Below, one piece after another: positions 13,079-24,700 of a stretch of 64,000 nt of DNA. Made by a program: the position numbers and the translations under genes. Numbering within the stretch: position 1 is the first letter of the stretch; each line of letters starts with the position of its first letter. The notes under the pieces were generated by a model that saw nothing but the letters and a program-made list of their open reading frames with translations, did no database searches and had not been told where the DNA came from. The stretch is from Takakia lepidozioides (taxonomy: Eukaryota > Plantae > Bryophyta), in contig CM060733.1 in assembly GCA_030704615.1 (NCBI GenBank), positions 57,598,001 to 57,662,000 on the forward strand. Reading direction: 5' to 3'.

Positions 13079-16000
13079 TCAGTCTGACTCAGAGTCAGTA
13101 CAATGTATCCCCTCTTCCTCTGCATCTAAGTCTAAGTATTTTAGAACACCGGATCCACGCTGGATACACCTACGGCTGGACACTAAAAAGTCAGGGGATA
13201 GGGACTCGGACGCGTGAAGTGCCATTGCTTCGGCATAAACAGGGAGCAGAAAATTGGAAAGGGGGCTGTCGAAAACAGACTCGCCAGAAATGACTGTATC
13301 TCCTGAAGATCCACCGCTGGCTTTCCTGAAAGACAGCCTGAAAAAGTTATTACTGTAACTTTGATGTTATCGAGAAATTGAGTATGACTCCCAAAGAGGG
13401 TTTAGCACTTACTCACATGAAAAGTCGTTGTCGACCTGCTTATCTTCGGGATCGTCATCATTTCGAATATGAATACGATCAGTCTGTGTGCCTGAAGTGG
13501 AGCCAGACAAAAGGGGGAGGAGCACTGTGTTGTAGAGGTCAGAATCACCCTCCATACCAAAAAGGCTTCTTCCGCCTGCCTTGCATGCGTGGTAAGTTGC
13601 TCCTGCACCAGACAGGAGAACATAAGCAGTTTGGAGGAGGGGATTTAAGCAGATGAAACTATTGAAAGGAAACCAATTCGGAAGGGAGAAAACGAACCTG
13701 TGGACACAGAAAGATCGACCACCCGTGCAGAGCGGTGGCTGCATGACTCCAGCAGTATTTGCATGAATGCTGGTGACTTTTCCTTTGCACCTCTCCAGGG
13801 AGTGCCATCTGGTCTCTTCAGAGTCTGACTGGACTGCATGAAGTTGTACAAAATGTCATCGACATGGGGCTCATAGGGGGGGTTGACGAAACAACCCTGG
13901 TCAGAAATCTCAAAGCTGCGGATGGAGGATGGTGTCTTTGATGTGCGAATCCTCCGCAGGCAGATCGCCTCGAACATCCTCGTCTGCCAAAGATAGCAGG
14001 TTAGTGTGGTAAACACAATCTAAAGTGGAAGTGTGTACATCGGCTATTCAGAACTCTGACACCAAAAAAACCATGAATCGTTGATGATCGGTGTCGATCA
14101 TAAAACATTCTACTAGAGTGGAGCTGCAGAGAAAATTGAAACTCATGATCAAAGCATAAGCAGAAGGCAGACGGCATACCAGCTGACCAGGGAAACCCCC
14201 TTTCACAAGGTAGAGGCTGTTCACACAATTCCATGTGCGCAAAACTTCAAACCCTGAAGACTTGAGGTATGATGCCAATGCCCGACGACTATCATTGTCA
14301 CATGACTGAAAAAGCAGAAGTGTCCCTGCATCAGAGAGGAAATTGTTACAGAACCCGAATACCCAACTCCAGTAGTTGTCCTCGAATTTGTTCCACCCTG
14401 ACGTCTTGCCCTTTGGAAGAACTTCTGGGACAGCCTGGCCATCCGGGATGTCGAGAATGACAATGTCGGCCGCATAAGTTTTCTGCACACCGCACACGAA
14501 GGTGGGACCTGTGCTCACCTGCAACAGACATGTTTTTTATAAGAACGATGGCAAGAATGTTTTCAAAGAACGAGACTGAAATACTGAAAACGAAACATTC
14601 AGAGAAAAAGGAAAGAAAGTGGAATTCTCACCAGATTGAGGAATGAGATTATATTGTCCCAGGTAGGGGATGGCACCCCAGTGTATCCTCTCTTTCGACT
14701 CTGCATCATCGAAAGCCAACCCTCATTAACAATTTTCATCTCTCCTGCTGAATCAGAACGGGAAGGGTGTGGCTTGGCATCGAACACGCACTGAAGAGTG
14801 CGGGTATATCTTCCAGCACTAAAGTCCTGCCCACTCTCCATCTCCTTTTCATTCTCCTTCCCCTTGTCCTTTTCCTTCTCTTTGGACTTGTCTTTGTCCT
14901 TTGGCTTTGCTGGTGAGATGGCTATGACATCAACAGCCTTGTCTTTTGGTTTGCGGCCCGCCTTCTTTCCCTTCTGCGGCGTTCCCTGAGCATCAGGCTC
15001 CTTGGCAGCCAAGGTTGCTATGTTTCGTTGATACTCCTCGTCAGTCAAAGGCGCCAGCATCTCAGCGTTATTGTTCAAGTATTTCATATGCTGTTCTTGA
15101 AAGGTCGTGTGCTCAGGTGGGCAGTCAAGGTACCACCCACAGTCTCTGAAGTGAGAAGGACTCCAGTCCTTCAATATCCCTGCAGTATACATGGTTGGAT
15201 CGTTTGCAGGGTCCGACCACATGTCAAGATAGTCGGGAATTCCGCTCAGGTGATTTCCTTCCATAAGCACATATTTCGTGTACCTGAAAAAAGGAGATGA
15301 ATCCCAACCCACAAAAGCGCTCAGTGAGAAAGATGCAAGTAGAACAGAAAGAATAAAACATGGATACAAATGGCTCTGACAACTGCTCCAAGGACCTTTC
15401 AAAACCACACTACTGCTCCAGATATGAATGTCGTCAACGCCATTCAGAACATTCCATTCCATGACACTGTAAATACATCCTAATCCAGGTGAAAGCAAAT
15501 ATGCGATTAGAAATGACACAGACATAGAAGTGAATGTCGTCAACGACATTCAAGAATGAAGCCAAATTATTACTGAAATGAAGCAAAATCACAGGGTGGA
15601 AATAAAAAAATTGAGTAAGGAACCAACCAGGAAAACTCAATGCACATTCATAACGAACCTATCACTGAGGACCTCACAACATCACTGTATGTGAATGGCG
15701 TCAACGCCATTCACAAAAATACAAAAAAGAAACCAATTACTTAGCTCCCCAATCCATGAAAATTGAATTTGTCGTTTTTTAATAATACAGACACAGCTGT
15801 GAATGTCGTCAACGACATTCACTTTGGATTTCTTAAAACAGAGCTTATGAAGCCTCCATATTCATCGCAAGAGGAAAAAACAATGCAGAACAACTGAATG
15901 TCTGCATTGACATTCAGCAAAATGAAGTGATCAACCCTCATTGTATCCTCTATGGACATTACAAAAATTTAAATAACCTTGAGGACCACACAACAACTCC

Positions 16001-18712
16001 GTATGTGAATGTCGTCAACGCCATTCAAGGACATTATCAATTCTACTCAGGGACAATATAATTGCACCCTTAGATCCTAACCAGGTGAATTCATATACTC
16101 GCTTAAGAATGACTCAGACAAAGAAGTGAATGTCGTCAACGACATTCAATCTGGATCTAAGATTGCAATCCATATGAAGCCACATTTTTTCCCAAAAAAA
16201 CAGTAGAGTTTCAAGTATGACATTTCACCTGTACACAACTCGCATCATGGCCCACTCTCCTCCAACCTGACTGTCAAAGTCGTTGGACCGTAAAATGTTA
16301 CCATCTTTGGAGAACTCCCGGAAAAAACAGTATCTCCACGTGAGACCTCTCCACTTCCTTATGTATGCCTCCAATGACATTTGGGGAGGGGAAACAATCG
16401 CAATGTTCAGGTCCTTCAAAGTCTGATCCAGCACAATGACGGCGCGCTTTTCCAGCTGCAAATAGAATATTTGTCAGAATTGCAAAAAAGAAACACATCA
16501 CATACTTGAAGATAAGAAACAGCATGTTCGAATACACACCTGACTCCAAAATGTAGCCTTGTGGAGCCAGTTATCAAACACCAAATCACTGATTCCTTCC
16601 ACCTTTGTGCCAGGCTGTATGGTGCTCTTTGGGAACTGATTCAAGTCCTTTACTGTTTGATCTGAGTTCCATATCTCCAGCCACCTTATTTTTGTTTGTG
16701 GGTCGACCATCGATATGGCCAGCCGGTGCAATTTCTCCTGCTGCATCTCCGGATGCACATGCTTGTCATAGTGTGTTTTGATCTGCTGAAGGAACTCAGG
16801 ACCAAGTCCAGGATCTACTATTCTAAGCTGCTTTCCGAAGGCTGACATCAATTTGGTTCTTCGCATCTCAAACTCCTTCTTTATTGCAGCTTCCACACCC
16901 TTTGATGTCCTTAGTTCCTCTGGTGTAGTGCGGTAATATTCGGATTTTCCCTTCTCAGCTGCCTCTGCCAGTTCTTGCTGCATTCATTCAAGTAGTGATT
17001 AGCTCCGAAGGGACTCTAAACATGTATTCGAAAAGTAAACAGAGTACAGACTCGGGCTTACCGCATACATGTACTCCAGAAACGCCTCTCGTGTCAAAGA
17101 ATACCAAGTGCCTGCAGCTCTTCCTGTTTCGCACTTCTTGATGATATTGGGTGGTAGTACTGTCCGAAAATCATCCAGCTTCATCAGACCAATCCTCTGA
17201 ATTCGGAATAGTGTGTGAACCAAGCTTGTTGTCACATGCGATTTCTCTGTCGATCTGCAAAAACATTGAAAACATTGCATTCCTTACCACTGTTTTTTGA
17301 GGATCAACAAGACACTACAGAGGGAATCAAATCTCCTGGATGACTTACTTGTGTTCACGTCGTGCATATGAGTAAGTAGCCTAGCGATGTCGTTTCCTGG
17401 ATCCAAAACCATTGCCTCCACAAACATGCTTGTCTTTGTCTTTCGAATGGTGTTTCTGAATGTATCCCATCCATGCAGCAATCGGTGGTTGCCGTCCCCA
17501 GACGTAGAACATGTGGTTGCAAATTGCTGGTGTTCTTTCCCATCATGAGGCCCAGCTCGAACTCCTCATTGGCATCTTCTCCAGCACTCATCCCAGTTAT
17601 CACTGATCTCTGGAGAAACTAATGTGCTTTTCCCATTTATATCCGTCAGTGACACATAAAACTTGTGCACCAAGTCTATATCCATGCACAAAATCACTCT
17701 CCATTTTGTTATGTCGTGGGAAGAGGTGGTGGACGCACAACAGGCATTGATATCATCCGGCACAGAGGTATGTCCAGACGCCCTCCAGATACGAGCATGT
17801 CCCTTATAACCTCCTGAGGTTTACTTCTGGAATGACATGAGTTCTTTCACCTTGTCAAGGTAGTGCACTTCGGATTCATCTGCTTCATCTGTATTCTCTG
17901 AGCTTTTTGCGGACTCGTCCCCATCTCCAGATCCTTTTCCCCTCTGATCCTGTAGGCTTCGACCTCACAGTTTTTCTGCACGATGCCCATTCAGTTCTGA
18001 GTAAGTCATTTGCAAATAGTGAATGGCGGTAACGACCATCACTCTGTATCAAGGAAACTCACCATGAATGGTGTGAAAGAATTCAGACAATCCCACAGAA
18101 AAGCCGAGACTGTCGTATTCAAAACAAAGCGAGAGCAATAGCGAACGGCGTTAACGACAATCACAAAGATAACGACCTGCCGGATCGGTGTTGTGTAATG
18201 ACATACATGTGCAACTGATTGGCGGCAACGACATTCAGTGTAGTTTAGGGCGGATAGTAAGTGCAGACTCTCTCTTCAAACACATATGTACATAAATGTC
18301 ATCAAGCAGAATCGAATGGCGTTAACGACGCTCGCGATTCAGTATTCCTGCTAAAGAATGGAAGAGGAAGGACTCCTTGAAAGGCAATCACCTAGACAAT
18401 AGATAACAACTTCACTGGCACCTTCTTAGGTTGAACTTGATCCCCTTCTTGCAGCTTTCCTCTTCCCTCTCACATCTGCTGGATTTCTGTCTGCGCAAGG
18501 GTTGCTTGACCTTCTTCAGGTTCGGCGTTCCGCGTGCTTCCACCTTCTTCAGTGTCCTTCGATTCATCTCTGCCTCCACAGGCTGGCGCACTCTTATCGG
18601 CCGCTGTGTCGCAGCCGTGCTAGCTCAGTTTCCGTCTGCTCTTTTTTTGAATCAGTCTCCGCGTTCACCTGCTGCCTTGGCCCTGTGTTCTCCAACAAAC
18701 GACGCCTCGTCA
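13079..18712 (-). CDS. Spliced ParB-like (DGNHR) + beta-class N4C/N6A DNA methyltransferase-like fusion protein
   Basis: Exons ~18712-18422, 17949-~17349, ~17254-17062, 16977-16540, 16455-16229, 15283-14632, 14518-14180, 13983-13698, ~13602-13417, ~13337-13079. MTase motifs in beta order: ADIVILDIPD (motif IV, DPPY-like), NFLSDAGTLLLF, TRMFEAICL, WRGAKEKSPAFMQILLESCS, RVVDLSVSTG|ATYHACKAGGRSLFGMEGDSDLY (motifs I-II). MFYVW-DGNHRL at ~17480-17510 needs a 1-nt correction. Several indels in the 5' exons. Confidence 0.75.
15425..16148. repeat. Intronic array of seven 22-bp palindromes TGAATGTCGT-CA-ACGACATTCA
   Basis: Copies start at 15425, 15531, 15692, 15800, 15895, 16006 and 16127, all inside intron 15284-16228. 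Confidence 0.9.
18020..18334. repeat. Second intronic array of degenerate copies of the same 22-bp palindrome
   Basis: Copies at 18020 (TGAATGGCGGTAACGACCATCA), 18142, 18216 (TGATTGGCGGCAACGACATTCA) and 18313, inside intron 17950-18421. Confidence 0.75.
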
Positions 18713-20215
18713 TTTTCTCTCTGCGCTAAGTCTCTCTCTAAGGGAAGTAAAATAAAGAGACTTTCTTCTCTTTCGTATTCTAGAAGGAACCCTCTCCAGC
18801 TTGACTACCACTCTCCCTCTAAGCGCGAACTAGAAAAACGCAGTGACTCCCGATTTCTTGCGGGATTGCCTGTGTTCTTGCTTGTCTCTAGAAGCATCGG
18901 ATTCCCTCCCGCGTGACCGTTACACATAGTCGTTTCGATATTAATGCACATGCCAACAATTGGGTACAGCTGTTCGTATTCAGTTATGGATGTCTGACGT
19001 GTGCCGCCCAAAACAAAACGGCGTGTTCTAAATTATAACTGGTTCAATATTTTAAAACGAACAGCGAATCCAGAAATTGATGCGCATTCTTAAACAAATA
19101 AATATAAATGAACGAGAGTTTGATGACAATTTTGGAATATCATACAAGGTCATCCTTGTTATCCGGTCCATCCACATTCGTTGCACATTTGGAACTTTCC
19201 AGTGCGCATGATCATTGGTAGTAGTATATAGATACATATTACTTATCTGCAATCCTTCTCGATCCTGTGGCATGCTTCCAGGAAGTCGGCTTTGTTATTG
19301 GGGTTTATTGTGAGGTCTGATTAAACGGTTTTAAAGTTTCCGACACTGCCCCTATGGATTCTCTGACCACTGGGCCCACAAGAAAATAATTAAATGGACG
19401 GCTGCATATCTGGAATGAATAACAGAATAATGCACAGTCGTTATCTGAGCTTCCTCCGCCATATGCTCTGCTCATTCTTCAACTGTGTTCTGGAGACAGC
19501 AGTAAACCGATTTACACTAGATCTGCGATAGCAAGGTACACATACTCGAGGAAGGAAGATGGCTTCCTCTGAAGCGGAGTTCTTCTCGATCAGACGCAAA
19601 CCAGTGCCGTCTCCCAGGAAGTCCTTGACAATGATTGCAATTGTTCTGGAACATGTCTTGGCTACCCGTTTTCAGCTGCAGAATGGCTCCATCTTTTGGA
19701 GAAAGAGGTTTACGATCTGAAAGGGAAGTTGGTGAAATATCTTTCCAAAACCGTGATGAGACGGCTCATATCAGCCAGTGGAGAGTGCGTCCTGGTCGAT
19801 ACAGAGTACTTGGAGAGCCTCTTAAAAGTCCCTTGGGTCATATGTGACGACCGGGACTGCTGCTTCGGGCGTTGAAGACAAGATGAGGGGTGGTGAAAAA
19901 AGAACAGACTTCCCCACTCCAATCGTTGAGCTTTCGATTCTTTCGATGATGACATAAGTGAAATTCCAAATCCAGTCCTTCCTACTGTGGTTTCAGAAGT
20001 CGATGAGAAGAGATTTTGTAGTGTCATTCCAATTGCGGCGATGGGAGGGAATGGCTGGATTCAAAACGAGTTGGCGGGATTGATTGGGAATCTTGAACAG
20101 GCCTGTGAAGTTCTTGCCCGGAGACTTTTTGCTGCGATATCATATTCGGCTGCCTCCTCCTCCGCGGTTGGAGTGTAACCATCATGATGCATGTAAGGAC
20201 AAGAACACGACGGGC

Positions 20216-20715
20216 NNNNNNNNNNNNNNNNNNNNNNNNNNNNNNNNNNNNNNNNNNNNNNNNNNNNNNNNNNNNNNNNNNNNNNNNNNNNNNNNNNNNN
20301 NNNNNNNNNNNNNNNNNNNNNNNNNNNNNNNNNNNNNNNNNNNNNNNNNNNNNNNNNNNNNNNNNNNNNNNNNNNNNNNNNNNNNNNNNNNNNNNNNNNN
20401 NNNNNNNNNNNNNNNNNNNNNNNNNNNNNNNNNNNNNNNNNNNNNNNNNNNNNNNNNNNNNNNNNNNNNNNNNNNNNNNNNNNNNNNNNNNNNNNNNNNN
20501 NNNNNNNNNNNNNNNNNNNNNNNNNNNNNNNNNNNNNNNNNNNNNNNNNNNNNNNNNNNNNNNNNNNNNNNNNNNNNNNNNNNNNNNNNNNNNNNNNNNN
20601 NNNNNNNNNNNNNNNNNNNNNNNNNNNNNNNNNNNNNNNNNNNNNNNNNNNNNNNNNNNNNNNNNNNNNNNNNNNNNNNNNNNNNNNNNNNNNNNNNNNN
20701 NNNNNNNNNNNNNNN
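20216..20715. other. Assembly gap (500 N)
   Basis: Run of exactly 500 N. Confidence 1.
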
Positions 20716-20975
20716 CGTTTGGCGGCGGACTGGGGGTGCGACGGAGCGCGTGCTGTCGTCGGCGGGGGGGGGGTGGTTGTGTGGTCCGTTTGGGGGAAGC
20801 CGCGTCGTGCACGAGGCCCACCGGTCAGCTTGGGGTCGTGTGCGCTATAAAGTCCCAATTATTGGAAAATGAGAGGCGTAACCAAAAACCCCAAAAAAAA
20901 AAACCAAATAGAAACTAAAATGAGAGGCGTAACCAAATAACCCAAAAAAAAAAAACCAAATAGAAACTTTTCACC

Positions 20976-21195
20976 GGGTGGTGTAGCTCAATTGGATAGT
21001 GCAAAGTGTGTCACCCTGGTGTCTCGGGTTCAAATCCTGCTACTCTGTCCTGTGGGCATGGTTTGTTTTGTGAGGGGTCGGTCCGGGGTGACTTTCTTGT
21101 GTGCCAAATGGCTTTATATAGATTAATTTTCCCCCCTCCTCAAGGGCTTGAATAGTGAGCAGTCGCTCCCTGGTTTCCTTGGAAAATAAAAACAA
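20976..21195 (+). mobile_element. tRNA-derived SINE (or tRNA pseudogene head with tail)
   Basis: GGGTGGTGTAGCTCAATTGG (box A) and GGTTCAAATCC (box B, ~21026), no proper cloverleaf, unrelated body, A-rich end GGAAAATAAAAACAA. Confidence 0.6.
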
Positions 21196-21712
21196 GCACA
21201 TTTTCTCTTGCTTTGCTTTGGCAAAACATAAGAGGGAAGTTAAATTAGGGAGCATGACTAAGCACAACACACCAATCGGAGCCTTGACACAGTGTAAGGT
21301 ACTTTTGACCACATTTTCTCCGTTGACTTCAACACGATGCAAAGTCTCTCTCTACAAGAGAGCCAATAAAAAATAGAAATTTTATGTATCAAGATACTAA
21401 AATTCAATTTGAAAATAGTTATCTCTTACCTCCATAAATTGCAGGGCCTTACTAGTGCATGTCACGCCTTGAAGAAGAGATAGGCTACATTTATAGGTCT
21501 ATGTGGATTTGAACCCATAACGTATGTGTGCGCTGGAATCTGTGCCCTCTGGAGTTGTTCCTGAGAGGCGCTGCTCGTGCTTGCCTGGAATTAGAAGACG
21601 AGGAACGTATCTCGGCAAACCAAGGTGAAGACGATGATCGTTATGCAACCCACACCATAGTTTCTGCCCGAGTCTGCCCCCAGGAAGTCGATTAGGCGGA
21701 GAAGCAAAGGAG

Positions 21713-24700
21713 ATGGCCGCCGATTTCACCTTCCCTTACTTCTACTATTATCCCCCTTACTTCACGTAAATCTCTGTCTCTTTACAGTGCACAACGTTTT
21801 TTGGTGTCATTCAATCCCATGTTTTGGATGCTGGATTTCTCCGTAGACACCTCGTAGTTCAGATACAGCCAAATGCATAGGATAGTTAGGTTTTAAGCTA
21901 TGAATTGGTATGAGTTAGATGAAGCCATCTCATTGCAACAGGGGAAGTTGAGGAGGCAATGTTTGGGGTTATTGATACGGTTTCATCTATTTTCCTCAAC
22001 TGGTTATTGGTGTGTACACTACGAACAGATTGCCAAACCCTGACTTGGGGGTTTTCAGGACTTTCCTAGGGTAACTTGCCATCAGACAGCCTCAAATGGC
22101 TCAAATGCTTACTGCTTTCTTGCAACTGCAGACTGCAGCCAGTTAGGGATACCAGGGAGAAGCAAATTGAGCTATGGAAGGAGCTTATTCTGAAGTACTG
22201 TAAACACAACAAAATATTTTGCATCGACTTGGAAGACGAGTTCCCACTCTTCGTCAATGCAACCATCGATCGTAAGTACATTCTTAAACTGGGGATATCC
22301 AATTTGAAGCTTTGGGTGCTCTTTGGGTCTCCATTGGATGTTTGAAATTGTAAAGGCCAATCACTGAACGCTGTTGCAACTTAAATTTCCTTTGGGGTGA
22401 TGGGCATCATTCTAGTTAAAAGGGGTTTCAATTCTGGCATTTGAGCAGAAACTGAAATGCTTCTGTGGTTGGTATAATCTATTCTGAATGGAGCTGGTAC
22501 TTGATATTGAAGATAAAGCTTGTTGTGAACTGAGGAGTGTCAACCATTGTTGCTATGAGCAGGAAAGCTGAGCTATGAAGCACGAGAGCTTTTTCTCGGC
22601 ACTCTGGTTTCTGAAGGTACACTCTCTCTCTTCTGTGCCATTGTCTCCCTCTAGCATGATTTTGATGCCGGCCTTTACATTGACACTCAAGCAGTTTCTT
22701 GTTGGCTGGGCGTGATGAGAGGTCAAGATCAGGATGAACTATGCCCTCAAGGTTGAATCATAGGCACAGTTGGCAGGGAACAGTCAACTAGTACATCTCT
22801 CTCTCTCTCTTCTGCCATCCAGGGTGACAGCATTTCATTTCAGTGATAAATGCGGGGCTATGAAAATAACATCAATAACCCTGCAAACAGGCTGTGAAGT
22901 TTGCATGCAGACAAGTGCCTCTGAGCACATTTATGGCAGTTGAGGGAGATAAGTATATACCTGCAGCTGAGTTGTGGGGATAAGCTAAACACTGGTGGGT
23001 GCAAACCCCACAAAAGGCTCCGGGAGGGTCAGTTTCCCGCAGGGTCGATGGCCGTAAGGCTCAAATGAAAGAAATGTTTGAGTCCTCCCAATTACCAGAA
23101 TCTGACCCTTTCTACTATTAAGTGCTTGAAATGGGTCAAGGGCCACAAGGCTACGGCAAACAACTTCTTATGAGTACGATCTCTCTCTCTCTCTCATAGC
23201 CTTGTGGCCATTTGGTCGGAACAGGACAGAGAGAGAGAGAGAGAGAGGATGTACTCATGAGACATTGTTTGCCGTAGCCTTGTGACCATAGACCCTGCGT
23301 CCAGTTTGGACAGGAGGGAACAGAGACTACCTTTGTGAGGGGCCACTCCAGTAGTGGGACTTCCTTGGTAATTTCTAGGGTATGGAATGTCAGTTCAAGA
23401 GTGCCTTAGTGTTCGTATTACTCCCCAACCCCCTCATCACAAATCACAAATTTACAGTTCTGTTGCTTCGTCTCTTTTGTGCCGAACTTCAACATCTTGC
23501 TGTGACTAAATGCAGGCAGGGCTGAATGGTTGGATAAAGGGCATCGGAAATGCCTCATCTTATGGCGCAGAATACAAGATTGGGCTGAGTTGTTACTCCG
23601 CTTTGTAAGTACTGTCATGCTTGTTCTTTGGCATGGCTTTTTTTGGAAAGAGTGGTCATCATATTACATTGTTTTTGGGTTGCGGGCACAAGAGCCAGAA
23701 AGAGTGGGTGTGAGTCAGAGGTAACAAAGGCAAGTGTTATGGGTTGGGAAGTTGTCTAAAGAGAGTGACATGGCAGGTTCAAGAGAATGGGATGGAGGAT
23801 AGTGTGATGACGCTTGATGAAATCTGCTCCGGCGATGACACACGTGGATCAGGTAATTTGTGCTTAGGACATGCTCCCAGGCAAAGGAAGGCTAGCAAAG
23901 TTGTCCATCTGTCTGTCTGCCCATTCTTTCCCTCTCTTCCGCTCTCTCACACACAGTTCTGCCCAAACTGGGCAAGGGGTCTATGTCAAGGCTATGGCAA
24001 ACAACCTCTTATGAGTACTCTCTCTCTCTCTCTCTCTGTCTCCCTGTCCTCTAGGAAGCCTATTGACATTGGGTGGACTTGAAACGGGAGTACATTAATG
24101 TCTCTGTGACTAAATGCCGGCCTTGTGACCTCGTGTCCTTGTTTGTTTCGACCTGAAGCGCTTTGCTTCAGGTAAGGTAGTGCATTGGATTTAGTTGGAA
24201 AGCTTGGGGCCTTTCCCTCTTTAGAATATGCCTACTCGGGCCATTCCCTGCAACTCCCTGGAGTGTGATCTCTGAATGGTAACAAGCGGACTCCTACCGC
24301 TTGGGGGCAGCCCCTCCGCCCAAATTGGGCAGTCGTATGCTCTGTCTAGCATACTCGGCACTTGGGCTCGGGTTGGTTCCTGTGCTTAAACTTATGGCCT
24401 GCGAAAACAATCAAAAATTTAGCTCCTATCAACATCAACGCTCCTCAGGGTGATCCCTGGGAATTGGTTACTTATGCCAAATCTAGGGCTTCATGTGTAG
24501 TTTTTGGGGTGAATCCCAGGATGGACGATGTGTCCTTTAAAACTACATGCTCTAGCTTAGGCTTGGATTTCATGGCTAATGGTACCATCTCGAGACTTGA
24601 TAACAGGGGTACGTTGAAGGTTGCAATGACCAAAAGTGCTTCTAATAGAGTCCCGCATCAATTCAATCTCAAAGAAGTTCGTCCCTTGACTGGCTGGAGA

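Noticed and set aside
15425-16148. CRISPR array (palindromic repeats with spacers)
   Set aside because: Eukaryotic intron, spacers 73-139 bp and related to each other, no cas genes; kept as a palindrome array instead.
20024-20918. Long ORFs spanning poly-X
   Set aside because: Artefacts of the 500-N gap.
20866-20967. Direct duplication of ~51 bp (AAAATGAGAGGCGTAACCAAA...)
   Set aside because: Simple local duplication near a contig end with poly-A runs; no functional signal, possibly an assembly artefact.
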